Shown in pieces: positions 33,599-47,900 of a DNA stretch of 64,000 bases. Both the position numbers and the translations under genes were made by a program. A model generated the notes under the pieces. That model made no database searches and had not been told where the DNA came from. It saw nothing but the letters and a program-made list of their open reading frames with translations. This DNA is from Podospora anserina (Eukaryota), in contig CM030334.1 of the NCBI GenBank assembly GCA_017654855.1, positions 2,914,001-2,978,000 on the forward strand, read 5' to 3'. Within the stretch, counting starts at the first letter, position 1. Each line of letters opens with the position of its first letter.

Positions 33599-35688
33599 TC
33601 AGTAAACACTCCCCTGTATACTCTTATCCTCTATCTCAGCTCTCATCAATGCCTCATCCGCCTTCTCCGTTAACGTCCTCGCCAACTCCAACCCATCAGC
33701 GTTGCTCCCACTCTCATCCTCATCCTCATCTGGCGTCTCATGCTCCCCATCTGCCTCGTGCTCTCCATCACTGCTATGCCCAGCATCACTGTGGCAGTCT
33801 CCCAACCTGTTAGCCCTCATACCCCTTCCCATCCGGCTGTTATCTCTCTTGCTGCCAGGCCCAGTGAGAAAGACAGCACGATGAGAAGCAGGCTTGAGAT
33901 AATCATGTGTATGTGAGTGGTGGTGAGTATGTCTGTGACGCTCGTCCTCTGACGAGTCAGCGTCATCCCCGCTGGCGACGCTGTTATGCCCGCTGTACGT
34001 CCCGCCAAAGTCCCTTCCGACATGGAGTTGCTGTACCGCACCCCCATGGGCAGAAGTTTGATGGTTGCTGCTGCTGTTGCTGCTGTTATTGCTGAGGTGG
34101 GGCGGTAGGCTGGGGCTCTTGAGCTGGCCACGTAATCGGTCGTCGACAGAGATAAAAGACGGCGTACCGTCTGGACTAGAAACCACCTCATCTCGGGCCT
34201 TGCTGATGTCGATTTTGGGACCCGTGATAGAGATGTCAAAGGAGGGGTTAGGGCTGCCGTCTGCGCAAAGCGTGGTTGATGACTGAGACCAGAAAATCTT
34301 TTTGCCTGCCGGCCGTCGACTCACTAGTGTTGTGCTGTTGGCCGTGCCGTTGAAGGAAGGGTTGGTGAGGCCGAAGGTCGAAGAGGTTGTCGTGTTGTTG
34401 TTGTTGCTGTTGGTCGTCGAGGAGGTGGAAGGAGTAGAGTTGTTCGTTTCAGCAGGGGGAGCAAGAGCGGCAGCAGCATCGAGGGGAGAGGCGGTGCCGT
34501 TCTTGACGGCTGTCACGTTGCTCCCGCTCGTGTTGCTGTTGCTGTTGCTACCGCTGCTGTTTTCACTTCCAGCCAGGCCGACAGCCTGGTTAGAGATGAT
34601 ATGGTCGTTCTTGACCAAGTCAGCCAACGTCTGGCGGATCTTGAAATTCTTGTCGTGGTTGCAGCCGTTGGGACAGCCTCCCCAGCGACGTCGAATCTCA
34701 ACCACTGAGCCGGTGCGAGCAAGTTTCGAACTGTCCTTACTCTTTCCATTCTCCTTTCCGGTCTCCGCCTTCTCCTTGTCCTTTGCCTCGGCTTCCTTTT
34801 CTCTGGCCACCGCTTCCAGCGCGTTTTGTTTTTTGAGATCGGACCATGTCCGTAGCTTGTTTTCTAGGATGTATTTGCCCGTGTTCATGTCCTGCCTCAT
34901 GGTGAGGAACTCGCAGTGGTTCACGTTGCGGAGATCCTCAAAGTACTCGACACTGAAATGGTACCACTTCATGAGGAAGACACGAGACATGAGACCGTGA
35001 GTGACTGTTGTGGGTTATTATTAGCATCCCCATTTCTTTGGAAAATTGGCTCGTTCCTGGACAAAAGAAAAGACATACCTAATACGCAGACACTGGGAAA
35101 GTCGTCATCCCCAAACTGTCTCCACAAACTCTCGTTGAAACCACTGACACGATCGTAGGCATCCGCCGCACTCTCGCCGTTTGGAATTCTGTAGAAAAAG
35201 TGACCATAGTCGGCACGCTCCTGCCACATCCTTTCCATCTCGGCGCTGCATGGCTGGAAGTTGCCAAAATCTTGCTCGCGCAGCCTTGGCTCCTCATAGA
35301 CCTTGATCCTGTTCCTGTTGAAGTTGCTGTCTTCTGGCTGGTTGTCCGTCAAGGTGGCAAGGATGCCTTCTGTCGTCTCTCTCGTCCGTCTGTAGGGGCT
35401 GGTGAAGAACTGAAGAGTGTCGTCGGGCCGCAGCAGGCCCTTGAGTCTCCGGCCGGCTTCGTAGGCTTGTTGCCATCCTTCTTGCGTGAGCTTGACTCTG
35501 TGATCGGGAATGGTCTGGTGGATGTCGCGGTTCTCTGTTGCAGAAATGGCATGTTAGTCACACTGATCTTCTTGTACCCCTCCTTTTTTGCGACATGGGA
35601 ATCTGCAGTGCGAGGCTGAGACATGTGACGTACTGTTGCCCTCCGACTGGGCGTGTCTGATAAGGATGATAAGTCTTGGTTTCCCCAT
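33599..35688 (-). CDS. Phosphoglycerate-mutase-family (histidine phosphatase, Det1-like) protein; exons 35688-35634, 35534-35079, 35004-33599
   Basis: Motifs MGKPRLIILIRHAQSEGN (RHG-type), TSPYRRTRET, EEPRLREQDFGNFQ, GESAADAYDR and VTHGLMSRVFLMKWY. Two canonical introns restore the frame. The C-terminus is long and low-complexity. Confidence 0.93.
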
Positions 35689-37583
35689 GATTGTGTTCTC
35701 CTTCTCTTCTCTGGGTGAATTGGGTCGTGGAGATAGCTGCAGTTGGTGTTTGAGCAGGATTGGGGAGTGGGCAGGTGTTTCTTGGGCGCTTGGTGGTCTA
35801 GTGATAGGCAGTTCGTTTCAAGTTGCCTTGTAGGTAAGGCGAGGGCCTATCAAACAAGGTGGGGGATAAAGCGCACGGGGTTGTCCGACAAAGGGGATCT
35901 TCGGGAGTAACAGAAGGGAAAAGGAAAAATGGAAACAGGCAAAGTTTTAATAGCTTTAAGATTCTCAGTTACAGCACAGAGCCTAGCTGCCCAGTCTTTT
36001 GCAATATGGATGCTCGATGATATTTCGTATTACCAATGCGGTTCGTCACCAAGTGACCCCTGCCAATTACTCACTATCCCAAGCCCACTGCCCAGTTGTT
36101 TTTAGCAGGCTCCAAGTGGAACTGTGGAACGGTGGAACGGTGGACACAAGCAAACTCAGACTTCAAGTTGGGCATGACCCCGCTAGTTTTTCATCTGGAG
36201 GTGTCTGGATCTCGTTGGCTGCTTGGTCCATGGAACAGCACCCAAAGCTGCCGTGTCTGCCTCTCCTTGCGCGCGCCTGATGATGGATGGCAGTGCCCGT
36301 GTCTGCATGGTTCTGCCGTTCTTCAGCTTTGGGCTTTCTTCTATTGTGCAATACCTCTATCAAAGCAAATGGCACGATTCCACCGTCCCTTCGTGCCACT
36401 TCTGGTGTCATCTCCTGAAAGCATAGGGCTGCCGAGTTTTGCTAGCTGATAGCAAAAGAGTACCCGCCGAACCGGTGACCGCCTGATCGCCATCGAATCA
36501 GACCGCCTCCCGAAGAGATCTACCCATCTGCCACCCGTGGCTTGCTAACACCAAATGTGTGGTACAGACGCACCCCCCCCCCGCCCCCGGCACTTGACCA
36601 TTCTGGATGACGGTTCCTGAAGCGCCCAGTTCTTGTCCCCCAAGCGCCTAACAGGAACAGACAACGTTTTCCTGCATTTTTACCTAATATGCTTCCATTT
36701 CCAGCAACATGTTCGTATCCTCTTTCATGATGCAAAATCACCACATGACATGTTGGATATTTCTCCATGCCGCCAGTTCAGTCTAGATCGACAATTATAT
36801 GGGGTAAACGGAGTCCACAATCTTGTTCACGTGCCCCTTTCTTCTGGATCGTGTTTGCGGTTCCCCGGGCCCCCCTACTAAAAAAAAAAAAAAAAGTCAT
36901 CAATGCAATCCTGACTGGATCGTGGGTCGCTAAACCCCGCCATTTCTCTTGGGGCTGCCAAGACATCGTGGTCGAAATTTGAGACAGCTTCCCATTTTCA
37001 ACCACTTGTCTAAACACATGCTTGATCACTGACCAGAAGACCAATCAATGGGACTCTCTCTTGGCCGTGACATTTGCTCACACCCGGATATCATCACGCA
37101 AAACGTGCGGTGCGTGCCATGGCCATTTCGTTCCGTTTGCTCCCGTGGTAGGTCCCGTAGGTCCCGGAATCTCAGATCTTCATTGTGTCAGGCACCACGA
37201 GGCTGAAGCCCCACCACCAAAGTGACTCTTTTCTTGGCACAGCCAAGGTGGTGGCCCAGGCTCTCAACTTTTTTTCTGGTTGCGCCGCGGTCGCGTCCGG
37301 TGTGCCAAGCCAAACCAAGTGCACCATCCAGCTGCAAAGCTTCAACTCCAAGAAATCGCATCATCAGCATCACCACCATCTGTCGCGAGGGACCCACCAA
37401 ATCGACTCACAGTCGCTACCACGTTCACATTCTAATTCCGGGCTTTGTTGTCAACAGCCATCACCACCATCCTTGTCGGCAACTAGTTACTGGATCCAGC
37501 CTTGCGATTACATCACCCACCACCATCAACCCTACCAATCCTCAACCTCAGCTCACCTCAGCTCACCTCAACCAACTCCCAAA

Positions 37584-38192
37584 ATGGCCGACGCCCCCCC
37601 AGCCAAACGCCTCAAAACAACCACCTCCGCCAAAACCAAACACAACCTCTCCCCCACCTCCCTCCAAGCAGCAACCCTCTCATCCCTCTTCGCAAACCCC
37701 GACAAGCCCATCCCCCTCCCCACCGGCCCCCAAAAGAAACACCTCCCCCCGCCCCCAGAAATAGTAACCAACGTCCAAGGCTCCTCCGCCGGCGCCGGAT
37801 CGGGCGAGTTTCACGTCTACAAAGCCGCCCGCCGCCGCGAATATGAACGACTCCGGCAAATGGAAGAGGAAACCGCCGCTGAAAAGGCCCAGCGCGAGTT
37901 TGAGGAGGAACGACTAGAGAGGATAAGAAAGGACGAGGAAAAGACGCGGAAGAACAGGGAGAAGAGGAATAAGAAGAAGCAGAATAAGGGGAAGGGAGGT
38001 GGGAATAAAGGGGGGACGCCGCAGCCAACTACTACCGCGAGTGGGAAGGAGGGGGATAAGAAAGGTGACGATGGTGATAAAGTGGCTGGAAATGGGACAG
38101 AGAAGTGGGATGCAAAGGAGTCGACAACACCACAACCACCCGCTGTCCCAGTCGCCCAAGGGGTGGGGTTGGTCATCTGCGATGATGATTGA
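37584..38192 (+). CDS. PRKR-interacting protein 1-like (DUF1168) protein
   Basis: PPPPEIVTNVQGSSAGAGSGEFHVYKAARRREYERL signature followed by a charged, Lys-rich segment. ATG in an AAAATGG context. Confidence 0.92.
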   Translation: MADAPPAKRLKTTTSAKTKHNLSPTSLQAATLSSLFANPDKPIPLPTGPQKKHLPPPPEIVTNVQGSSAGAGSGEFHVYKAARRREYERLRQMEEETAAEKAQREFEEERLERIRKDEEKTRKNREKRNKKKQNKGKGGGNKGGTPQPTTTASGKEGDKKGDDGDKVAGNGTEKWDAKESTTPQPPAVPVAQGVGLVICDDD

Positions 38193-38355
38193 ACGACAAC
38201 AAGCTTCACACACGCAGCATCAGCAATCGGTAGAGTATCAGAGGAAGGGGTATCTGCATTCCAGCATTTTATTTGTTCACTACTTCCCACCCATCCATCC
38301 ATCTATGCCATGCTTTATCTACCGGCGGGTCTACCCTCCTTCGTCATCTGTACAT

Positions 38356-40359
38356 TTAATCATCACCACCGCTAATGCCGACACCCGGTTGCAGCTTCTT
38401 CGCGCTGCAAATGTCATCTACTCTGAGCAAGAGGCAGGCGGCCTACGTTATGTTAGTACACTGTAATACCCTAGGCAGAATCAAAAACCATACCTCGATA
38501 GCAGTCTTCATGCTCTGCACCTTGATAGCCTCCGGCTCCCAAACACCATACTCCTTCATGTCCACCAGCGAACCAGTATCACCATTCACGCCCCACGAGC
38601 TCTTGCCCTCGGCGTGCTTAGCCCGGAGATCGGTCAGCACCCTGACAGGGGACTTGCCCGCGTTCTGGATAAGCGTCCGGGGGATGACCTCAAGTGCCTC
38701 GGCAACAGCCTTGTAAGGCCACTGCTGGACACCCTCAATGCTCTTGGCGAGCTGCTGTAACCTGACAGAGACCGCCATCTCGGTAGCACCACCGCCAGGC
38801 GATAATCTGGGGTGGAACATGACGTTGCGCGCCACGCCCATGGCGTCCTGGAGGTTGCGCTCAATCTCGTTGAGAACATCCTTAGAGGGACCTCTGAGGA
38901 GGACAGTGCAGGCCTTTGGTGACTTGCACTTTGTGAGGAAGGTGAAGTACTCGTCGCCAATCTTCTCAATCTCGAACAGACCGCACTGGGTGCCGACGTC
39001 AGACTCCTGGAGGTCTTCCACTCTGTTGACGATGGTGGCACCAGTGGCTCTCGCTATCCGATTGTTGTCTGTCTTGCGCACGCGGCGGAGGGCTGTGACG
39101 TTGGCCTTCATGAGGTAGTGCTGAGCGAGATCTAATACACCATCATCAGTCTTATGCCCCCTATACCCCTGAATGTTTGCAAACAAACTTACCAGAAACA
39201 CCCTTCTCAGTGATAACCAAATCTGGGTTCAGCGCCAAGATATGCTCACACATGCTCTTGACCTGCTCCTCCTCAATCTCTAAAATCCTGTTCCAGTCCT
39301 CCTCCTTCGTCACCTCGATATTAGTCTGCGACTCTCCCTTCTTATACTCCAAAGGGCAATCCAACAGAATAATCCTCGGGTTCTCAATCTTGCGGCGCAT
39401 CTTGGGATGAGTAATATCTTTGTTGAGCATCACACCATCCAGCACCCGACTGTCCTCAATCTCACCACCAGGCACCTTCTCAACACGCGCATACCGCTTG
39501 ATATCGACCTCGCGCTTGCCGTTGCCAACCTCCCAGGTGACTGTCCTGACAGCGTTCAAGGCAAGGCTGCACATGAGCTCCGACCATCTCGAGACAAACT
39601 TTGTGCCGATGGACGAAGAGATAAGCTTGTACATCTCCTTGTCGTCGTTGATGTCGATGGGAAGGGAGATCTCCTCGATGATTTCCAGCGCGTCCTTAAG
39701 AGCCCGCTTGAAGGCCGCGATGATGTTGACTGGGTGGATGTTGCGCTCGAGTTGGGGGAGGGCCTGCGCGAGGATCTCACCGGCTGTGACAAAGTGTTAG
39801 CCCCTGGTCAGCTTCCATGCCCAACATGCCCATCAGTGTTGATTTGTAACCCACCCAGGATAATAACAGTAGTAGTACCATCGCCAACCTCCTCATCCTG
39901 CGTCCGGCTGAGCTCGATCATGCTCTTGGCCGCGGGGTGCGACACCTCGATCTCGCGGAGGATGGCGTGGCCGTCGTTGGTGAGGACGATGCCGCCCATG
40001 GGGTCGAGCAGCATCTTCAACATGGCCTTGGGGCCCAGGCATGATCGGATAATATCAGCAACACTGTATCCCCCAGGTAAGCTTCATGTACTTCAAACGA
40101 CGACGACGACAACATCGACTCGGGGCGGTCAAGCAACCAGAACGGCGGGGTAATAGTAACATACGTTTTGGCAGCAGCGATGTTCGACAACTGAGCCTTG
40201 CGACCGGTCTGCCTCTCAGCACCGGCATTGGTGTCTATGTTCATACCATAATGGTCAGCTATGAGCAAGTCGCGGTAAAGGGGGCCCAAAGTATATAGGA
40301 GGCGGGGAAGCTTCCAGAGAGGGGGGATCCATACTCATCACCAAGACAGGAGCCTGCAT
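38356..40359 (-). CDS. CCT3: T-complex protein 1 subunit gamma; exons 40359-40335, 40234-40165, 40063-39855, 39783-39193, 39131-38494, 38442-38356
   Basis: Motifs MQAPVLVMN, GRKAQLSNI, LTNDGHAILREI, EVGDGTTTV, KRYARVEKVPGG, LEYKKGESQTNIE and ACLLLRVDDI. Five GT-AG introns keep the frame. Confidence 0.97.
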
Positions 40360-41290
40360 CTTGCCTGTCGTTGGCTTTCCGCCTGTTGTATTGTTTTAAA
40401 AAGGGGTATTAAAACGAGTCGTGGTCGGGGGGAGAAAGAAGGTGGTCAACGAAAAGGGACAAGGCGTGGTGGTCGCTGGAAAAGGGCGGGTTCGAAATTA
40501 CACAGCGAGGATCCAGCGTGGGTTCACTGTTTTCCTTGTCGTCGCTAGGCAGCTCCTGAGGCGCTGGAGGTGGGATGGTCCCGAAAAGTTCAGAAGCCCG
40601 GGACCCACCAAAGCTCCCGCTCTCAACGCCCGAGGTGGGGCAACGCCCGGATCAACACAACTTCCCTTCCGCCTGGATATCAACGGCCCCAAGACATAGT
40701 ATAATTCAACGTCCTAAACGACTTAATGGTAACAATCAAATACACTTCATATTATCATGGCGAAGGGGTGTACATAGACCCTATGTACACATCCATAATA
40801 TCAACTCGGCCTGCTTCTTTTATACATGTCCATCAAAGTCGTCCACCTCACTGCCCGTTCCTCCTTTCCATCCCTGATAACCTTCCATATCCCCCCTCCC
40901 TTTCCCTCTCTGCGTCTCTTCATTGTTCAAAATGCCAACACGATAACCCCTTCTCAACCACCAAACAACTTCACCATATCCTCCAACTGTTTGTAAATGT
41001 AATGGAATACAAATACGTACAAAGGAAAAAGCACGGCGGCAAGGTTCGCAAAGTGTGCTCTTTGTCGACCCAGAGAATTAGATGTTAGTAAATGCTATTG
41101 TCTGGCCAGACCATAAACTCCCCAAAATCGACGAAAAAATTGATACAGAAAACAAAAAACTGTCAAAAGTGACGGTGCTATACAGCACAAAAAGCGTATA
41201 CTGAAGGAAACAAAAACAGAGGCCTTGTTTGCGTGCAGTAACATCCTGTTGCAAAAAGAGCCTGCTTCCGTCGCTGAACTCAAAAAGAGA

Positions 41291-42436
41291 CTAGAAATTC
41301 TGCGAGATTCCGGCTGTCTGTTGCGGGTAGTGTGCTGGGTTCTCGATGCGAGTGTTCCTCCGAGCCGTCACATCCCGGATGATTGGTGAGCCGCCTCCTG
41401 GCTGGCTGGGGGGCTGGTCTGAGTATGGGTTTCCACTGCCGTACTGATCGTAGTACTGATTGGGTCCGCTGTACGCCATACCTATTGGGCCTTCGCCAGA
41501 GCCATCAGACCTCGCAGCAGCACTATACGAAGAGGAAGCATTGGAAGGCCCGCGGTGCACGTCACCACGGTTGTTCGCAGCAGAAGGGCCCATTACTCCA
41601 AGAATCTCGCCCTCCGGTGAAGCAGGCACTTCGTGCATCAAGGGCTCACCAGATCGTGTGTCGGAGACAGTAGCACGGGTAGGTGAAGCGGCATCCGAAT
41701 AAGGGACCCCTCCAGACATGGTTGTCGATGTTTTCCTCGCAGTCGAACCGGCAATCGTGGTGGAGCCCCAGCCTCTGTAGCCAGCGGAGGACTCATCATC
41801 TCGCCCATCATAAGCGGCAGCGACGGCTGGAATTGTTGGGTCGGCGTTAGGGTTGTATCCATAATCTTCGACCTCCTTGCGTCTCTGCTCCTCGGCATCC
41901 TTGCGCTGCTTCCTCTTCCTCCACAAGAAAATGCCGGCCACAACCAAAAGAGCAACGGCAACAATAGGGACCACCACAGCGATAGCAATCTTCCCACTGT
42001 TGCTCAATGTTCCGGCCGAGGCCTCAGGGTTGGCGTCATTGCCAGCGCCAACCCCGGGAAGTCCAGTTGAAGAAGACGATGAGGTCTGCGCAGGATCTGG
42101 TACGCCATCCGTCGGTCTTCTAGTGGTGATGGTTTGCGTAACAACCTCTGTGCTGGTGTCTGGTTCAGGGTCTGGGGGGTTGCTGGATGAAGGCTCCGGA
42201 GAAGGCTCTGGTTGTTGTGGGGTGGAACTGGTGGATGGAGGATCAGGCCTAGGAGTCGATGATGTCGAAGGAGGAGGAGGGGTGGGAGTGGTAGTGGGAG
42301 GGGGAGGAGGAGTGGGGGTTGGAGTTGGTGTAGGAGTCGGTGTGTTGCTAGTCGATGGCGGAGGAGCGGGTGGGTTGGTGTCAGACGGTGGAGGGTCTGC
42401 GGAGGTGTCCGGCGCGCCAGTCGAGTTGGTAGACAT
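41291..42436 (-). CDS. Ser/Thr/Pro-rich single-pass membrane protein (Mid2/Wsc-like architecture)
   Basis: PT-rich ectodomain, transmembrane segment IAIAVVVPIVAVALLVVAGIFLW, RKRKQRK stop-transfer and a cytoplasmic tail (YGYNPN, GYRGWG, IIRDVTARRNTRIE). The start is uncertain: the ORF is open to 42568, but a likely splice acceptor lies just upstream of MSTNS. Confidence 0.8.
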   Translation of the reverse strand: MSTNSTGAPDTSADPPPSDTNPPAPPPSTSNTPTPTPTPTPTPPPPPTTTPTPPPPSTSSTPRPDPPSTSSTPQQPEPSPEPSSSNPPDPEPDTSTEVVTQTITTRRPTDGVPDPAQTSSSSSTGLPGVGAGNDANPEASAGTLSNSGKIAIAVVVPIVAVALLVVAGIFLWRKRKQRKDAEEQRRKEVEDYGYNPNADPTIPAVAAAYDGRDDESSAGYRGWGSTTIAGSTARKTSTTMSGGVPYSDAASPTRATVSDTRSGEPLMHEVPASPEGEILGVMGPSAANNRGDVHRGPSNASSSYSAAARSDGSGEGPIGMAYSGPNQYYDQYGSGNPYSDQPPSQPGGGSPIIRDVTARRNTRIENPAHYPQQTAGISQNF

Positions 42437-44935
42437 CACGAAGAATCGTCGCTTCAATCGCGGTAGGTTTCTGTATGGAACTGCCATATTAGCATGGGAT
42501 CCCACCGTGGCAGGTTGCGACGCATGGCGGGAGAACACAGCAGGAACATCGTGGAAGACGCCGTGCACCTATTAAGAAACTGTGTGGACGGAGGTGGTGG
42601 AGGTTGAAAAAGACAGTCGCGCCGCGGCTGCAGTGAGCAGCTTCAAAGAGAAACAGGCGGTGCGTGTCGGACTGGATCGGGGGCTACAAACCTCTGGGTT
42701 GCGGCGAGAGTGCAGATGCAAATGTCAGCGGCACGCGACAGTTGACGATGTCAATTGTGCGGCAGTTGCGAACGAACGAGCGCTTCGATGCGATGGACCA
42801 AAGGAGGTGTTTGAGATGGTCGACTGTGAGACCAAATGAATGGCTGAGCAGACGATGCCGTGTGCGCCGACAGAAGAGGCCAGTCGCTTGGCGGCTGAAC
42901 CTCAGCGGTTGACGAGCTCAGCGGGGCCCGGGATGGCGGGTGCCGAAGAGTAATTGAAGCTGTCGAGCAATGAGTCGGAATGAAAACAACAAAAAGTGAA
43001 CTGGAACGACGGTTGACGAAATCGCGCGCCGTCACGGGTCGGACGGGGAAAAGACGAGATGGGGGAGCGATGGAAGGTCAGACCCTCGGGGGGATGGCAC
43101 GAGAGATTAGGTGCGGCTTCAGGGCTGTTATTCCCAGTTGCCAGGCTTGGACTAGGCGCAGGCACAGTTCATGCGGCAGTGCAACATGTACCGCGGCTGC
43201 CAGATTGGGCGAAGCGGTACGTAAGACGACGGGACTGTGACACCCGAGACGGGGGGGATGGCCAGGTTGAGGAGGGATTGTCGGCCTGTTTGAACCGACG
43301 GCGATTTTGAAGCAATTCTCGTTTCTTGATTTTGTTTTTGTAAACTTCCTCACCAAATAAACATCGGACGAACCTAGTCTAACAAACTTCTTCTTAATCG
43401 CTCGAAGCTTTTCATCAGGTGACCGGGCCTGTGCCTCATGCTTTTCCCGCCGGGTCGTTCCTGGGGCAATTTTCAGTTCCTGGGATCTGGCTGTGGGGCC
43501 GAAAAGTCCGCCGTTGCATGGGATGACAGCTCTGAGCACTCAAGCTCCCAGCTGGCTTTTGCAACTGTTCGATCGTCCAACCTTTTTTTCTTTCATTCTT
43601 TGTCCCCAAGCCAATCTATTTCCAGAAACCCCGTATTACAGCTGAGCTCAGCCTCGTCTTTTGTGCTGCACATGTCAACCTACAACGTTCCCGGCCTGCT
43701 ACGTGACATTGCCAGAAGATCACGTTGTCGATCGCCTCTCGACCTCTGCTCGGCCTGTCTGAGCTCCCTCCCTAACTTCATCACCATCAACCCATCTCGA
43801 CAATACAACAACCGCGCGGCAAAGCCATCGCCGTTGGCCATGAAATCCCAATTTGTGGAGATAAGACACCCACCGTTGGTTGATCCACCTCCATCTCACC
43901 TACCTCCAGCAAATCGGCTCGCCAACATGCACCCTTTGCAGGACCCTTGTTGCCTGAAACCTCTCTGCTTTGCATCTGCAGATAGGATCTCACTCAGTGC
44001 CCTTCCTGCAGCCCGCTCCAACCGGGGAATTAACCCCCCGGGACTCTTCTCTTATCACGATCCCTTCACTTGTTCCCATTCTCCATCCTCAAATCATGAC
44101 CATCAAGCTTTAAAAAAAAATGTTTCTAGAAAAGCAACCGATTCAAACCGCCCCATCGATCCAAAACGTCATAGTAATAAAAACCAAGCCCTAGGACCCA
44201 ACACACTGAACCCCACTATAACTTCGTAATCAAGTACGCTAAAAGGTGGGGGAATATCGTCTCTCGGGATTTTGCTCATCTGATCTCCTACATTTTCCTC
44301 CTCCTTCAAGGATGAACCTCGCTGAGTGTTTTCGTTCCTGACTACTCAATCATCTCTACTTGTTGCAGCCTCTTCTTCATCAGCTCAGTATTGCTTGATG
44401 GTGTGCTAGCAATGTAAAAATAGCCCCTCTAGACCTCGACTCCTCACCAGTAACCATCTCAGCTGCCCCTCCACTACAAGAGACCTACATATACTCAGAT
44501 CAGCTACAGGCAGTTCTGCCTATGTGCTGACAACCTGCATAACAAAAAGTGTCTTGTCCTCCCCTGATCCAGATCGAGTCCCAATGTTAGAAGACCTGCA
44601 GCCTGAGGCGCTTGGGCTTTAGTTCATCTACCCGGACATATCTTCATGCAAGGGCAAAGGAGAACATAGACATGCAGAATTCAAGACATATTTCAGCCTT
44701 TGTTTTTCGATCTAAGATATCTCTAATTCAACTCTTTTTCGCCTCTTCTGAAAACAAACCAAGGCGAGTGCTGTATCTATATCTCAATGCTCTTCCTGAT
44801 AATACCTAGCGTGATGGCACCGAGCGCAAACATTAGGTATAACCCCAAAAACGACAACCCCATAACCCCTGAGCTCCAACAATCCAAAAAAACTTCAAAA
44901 CAAACCACCCCTTCTTGTTGCTAAAACCAACTGCT

Positions 44936-47900
44936 TCACTTCAACCCAAACCCCTCACTCCCATTCACCGCCCCCCAAAGCATCCCCTCCAACCTCTCCC
45001 TAGTCCCATACTTCCACAGCCCCAGCGCATTAAAGCACGTCCTCGCAGTCGGATACCGCCCAATATCATCCCCCAAACACGAAATCTTCACCACCAGCGA
45101 CGCCGCCCCCGTGGCAGGTATCCTATCACTCCCCGTAATAAAACTCAACAATTTCCTCTGATCCTTAGGGCTCGCCCGTTCAAACGAGCTCCAAAACCAC
45201 CTCACCACCGGCTCGTCCTCCCCCGGATCCGCAACCTCCTTCCCCCACCCTTCATACTGCGCCACCGCCCTCAAAGAATCAATATCCAGCGCCTCATCCG
45301 ACCCCCTCACCAACAACTCAATCTCCTCCGGCCTAAACAAACTCAACGCATTACCTCCACAAACCGTGAAAAATCCCCGCTTGAACGGCTCAAACTGCCT
45401 CGTTACCGACCCGTCAAGAAGATACCTGACGTACAACTCGACATACTCCCTCTTGTTCGTATTCGTCACCGGCCTCCTCTCACCCCCGGGACAGAGCGGC
45501 ACCCGCTCCACAACCCCGTACTTTTCCACATCCACCACAAAGTCCAGGCAGAAAACCTCCTCGAGGTCATCGTCGCTATACTCCAACAACTGCCTCAGCC
45601 CCCTCGCCAGTCTAGGCCTAAACTCAGCCAAATCTTCCAGCGTATAATTCATCGTCTGCCTCTGCTGATGAGCCACCTGCCCAGCCAGCGGCGGCGGCGG
45701 AGCAGCCATCAACAACTTTCGAAACGCAAACGGCGGAAGCGCAACATCCAAAATGGTCGAGTTGTAAATCGCAAGCCCCAGCACCACTCCCACCAAAAAG
45801 AACTGCTCCGATGGCTCCAGCGAGTTCGGGTTAAAATAACAATAGCCCGAATCCTCATCATAGAGAAACATCCCATGATCCCTCCCAAACACTTCTCTCA
45901 CCAACAACAAGAACCACTCCTTTCTCAACCCACCGGCATCAACCCCTTCCTCCCCCTTGAAAACAATCTTTAACCCCTTCTTGATATCCTCCCCACCACC
46001 CCCAATAACCTCACTCACAGCCTTCAAACTGTCCTCCACAAGGCAATCCCGCCGAATATTCAGTGTCAAAAACTGCCTCACCACCCTGTGGCTGAGAATG
46101 CTATCAAAAAACGCATCCCTTGCCCGACTCTCCATCTGCCGTCTAGCATCATGCTCCAAAATCTGAATCTTGGCCCCAATGCTCAACAAAAACGGATACT
46201 GACAAAACGCAAACCTCGCCTGCTTCTTCTCCCACGCCTCAAAATCGCCCACCAGATCCGAGTCGTCTAGCAGCGTCGTGTAAAAGTCGCTTGTGGGGAC
46301 AATCTGTCCCCTGGCATACACCCCATCACCCCCGTTGTTATTGTTGATGCTATTACCGTCGTACATGTTTCCACCCCTTCTCGCATAATCCATATTGTTC
46401 GCCGCAAAGAGCAGCCCCAACACCCTCGCCGCAGCCTTGATCTGCCAATCATCTTGATAGACCACCCTCTTTGGCTTCTCCTTCTTCTTCCCCCTGTTAT
46501 TGTTATTATTCTGGCCCCCATTAGCCCCCCCACCGCTCTCTCTTCCATGCCCAAGCGCAGCGTGCAAACTCGCCGCTGACCTCCCAGCCCCCATGCTAGG
46601 AATCAACCCATCCGTGATGTCAACCTTGGTCTCATACTTCTTCTCATTTTGCCTAATGAGCCTATATGCCAAGAAGCTCGACACCAAGTCCTTGGTTTGC
46701 ACAAACATCTTTTTCGGGTATCTTGCAAACCACCCAACTAAATGGTTTTGGCAGTCCGGAGTAGTATTCGACACCAGCCCCACAATCCGTTTGATAATAC
46801 CCGAATGTCTCCCAGAGGTGGGACTAGAACCTCGCAGTGGGTCGTTGCTCTGTGTCGAACCTGCGCTGCCAGGGTGCTCAAACTCCCCAGAGTAGGGCTT
46901 ATAGTCTCCGTGCAGCAAGGGATTTCCAGCAATGATCATGATGAACCGCAGGTCATCGGGGCTAACAATGGGCCTTCCTGGTCTTTTGAGCATCGTCTCG
47001 CAGGCTTTGAGAAGAGTCCGTTGGGCGTGCTCCTGTCCAATGAGAATCTCGGTCTCCAGCTCCATGAGCGTGGCGTGTGGAGCAGTCAGGTCTGGGTCTT
47101 CTTCTACCAAGCTCGAATACACCTCCGGCCATGAACGAGCAGCCTCCGTGACAGCCGAATACCACTCTTCTAAATCCGCCCATTCCAAGCGAGGACTCCG
47201 CGAGCTGACTATGGACTGTCCGTTTTGGCTTTTATTAGAGCTCGACCTTCCAGGGACAACATCCTCCTGCCCACCTGTCCACCAAGAACCGTTCTCTGCA
47301 AAGTTGCCCAAGAGTAATAGCTTCGCATCCAAGTCAACGATGGGCTGGGGGTTGATAGTTGGCTGCGATCCCCTGCGGTGTTCGACGTGGTCGACTGAAT
47401 GTTTCCGTACATCCTCTACTGTAGGACGATGCCGATGGCCTCGGTACGATGTGAATGACGAGTTCAAACAGTGAAACGAAGTAAAGCAAGAGACAATGTA
47501 GTCTTCAAGTGGGCGAAATATTCTCCTGGCTTCGCCACCTGGACTTGGGGGTTGAGGTGTATACTGATGAGATGGTTGCTGCGGGAAAACCTCTTGGAGA
47601 GCAGGTCGTTTCTCAGGGTATGAAGCGGATATGGTATTGGGGACAGTGTTGGACCAACTAGGCTGTCGGCGGTGCTGACTAGGATCCCGGGACCTGCTGG
47701 GTATCGGCTGGGCCCTACGACTAGGGCTCCCAGAGCTTGGTGGCCGCACCATGAGATAGGGCTCCGAGAAGTTGCCCGAGTTGAAGTTTCCTTCAGTTGA
47801 ATTGTTGAAGAACGGATTTGTGGATGGCTCGCGAGGTGGACTGAGAGCCTCGGGTTGTGGGTTTCTCAGAGCAGCTGCCAAGAAAGCGTACAGACACTGA

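Noticed and set aside
37185-37583. 133-aa N-terminal extension of the PRKRIP1-like ORF
   Set aside because: It begins at a non-ATG codon and is a C/A-rich leader. The first ATG in good context is at 37584.
43438-44229. 263-aa ORF
   Set aside because: No recognisable motif or coding bias; it lies in the upstream region of the membrane-protein gene.
44915-45973. 352-aa Pro/Arg-rich plus-strand ORF
   Set aside because: Antisense shadow of the G-rich HECT coding region.
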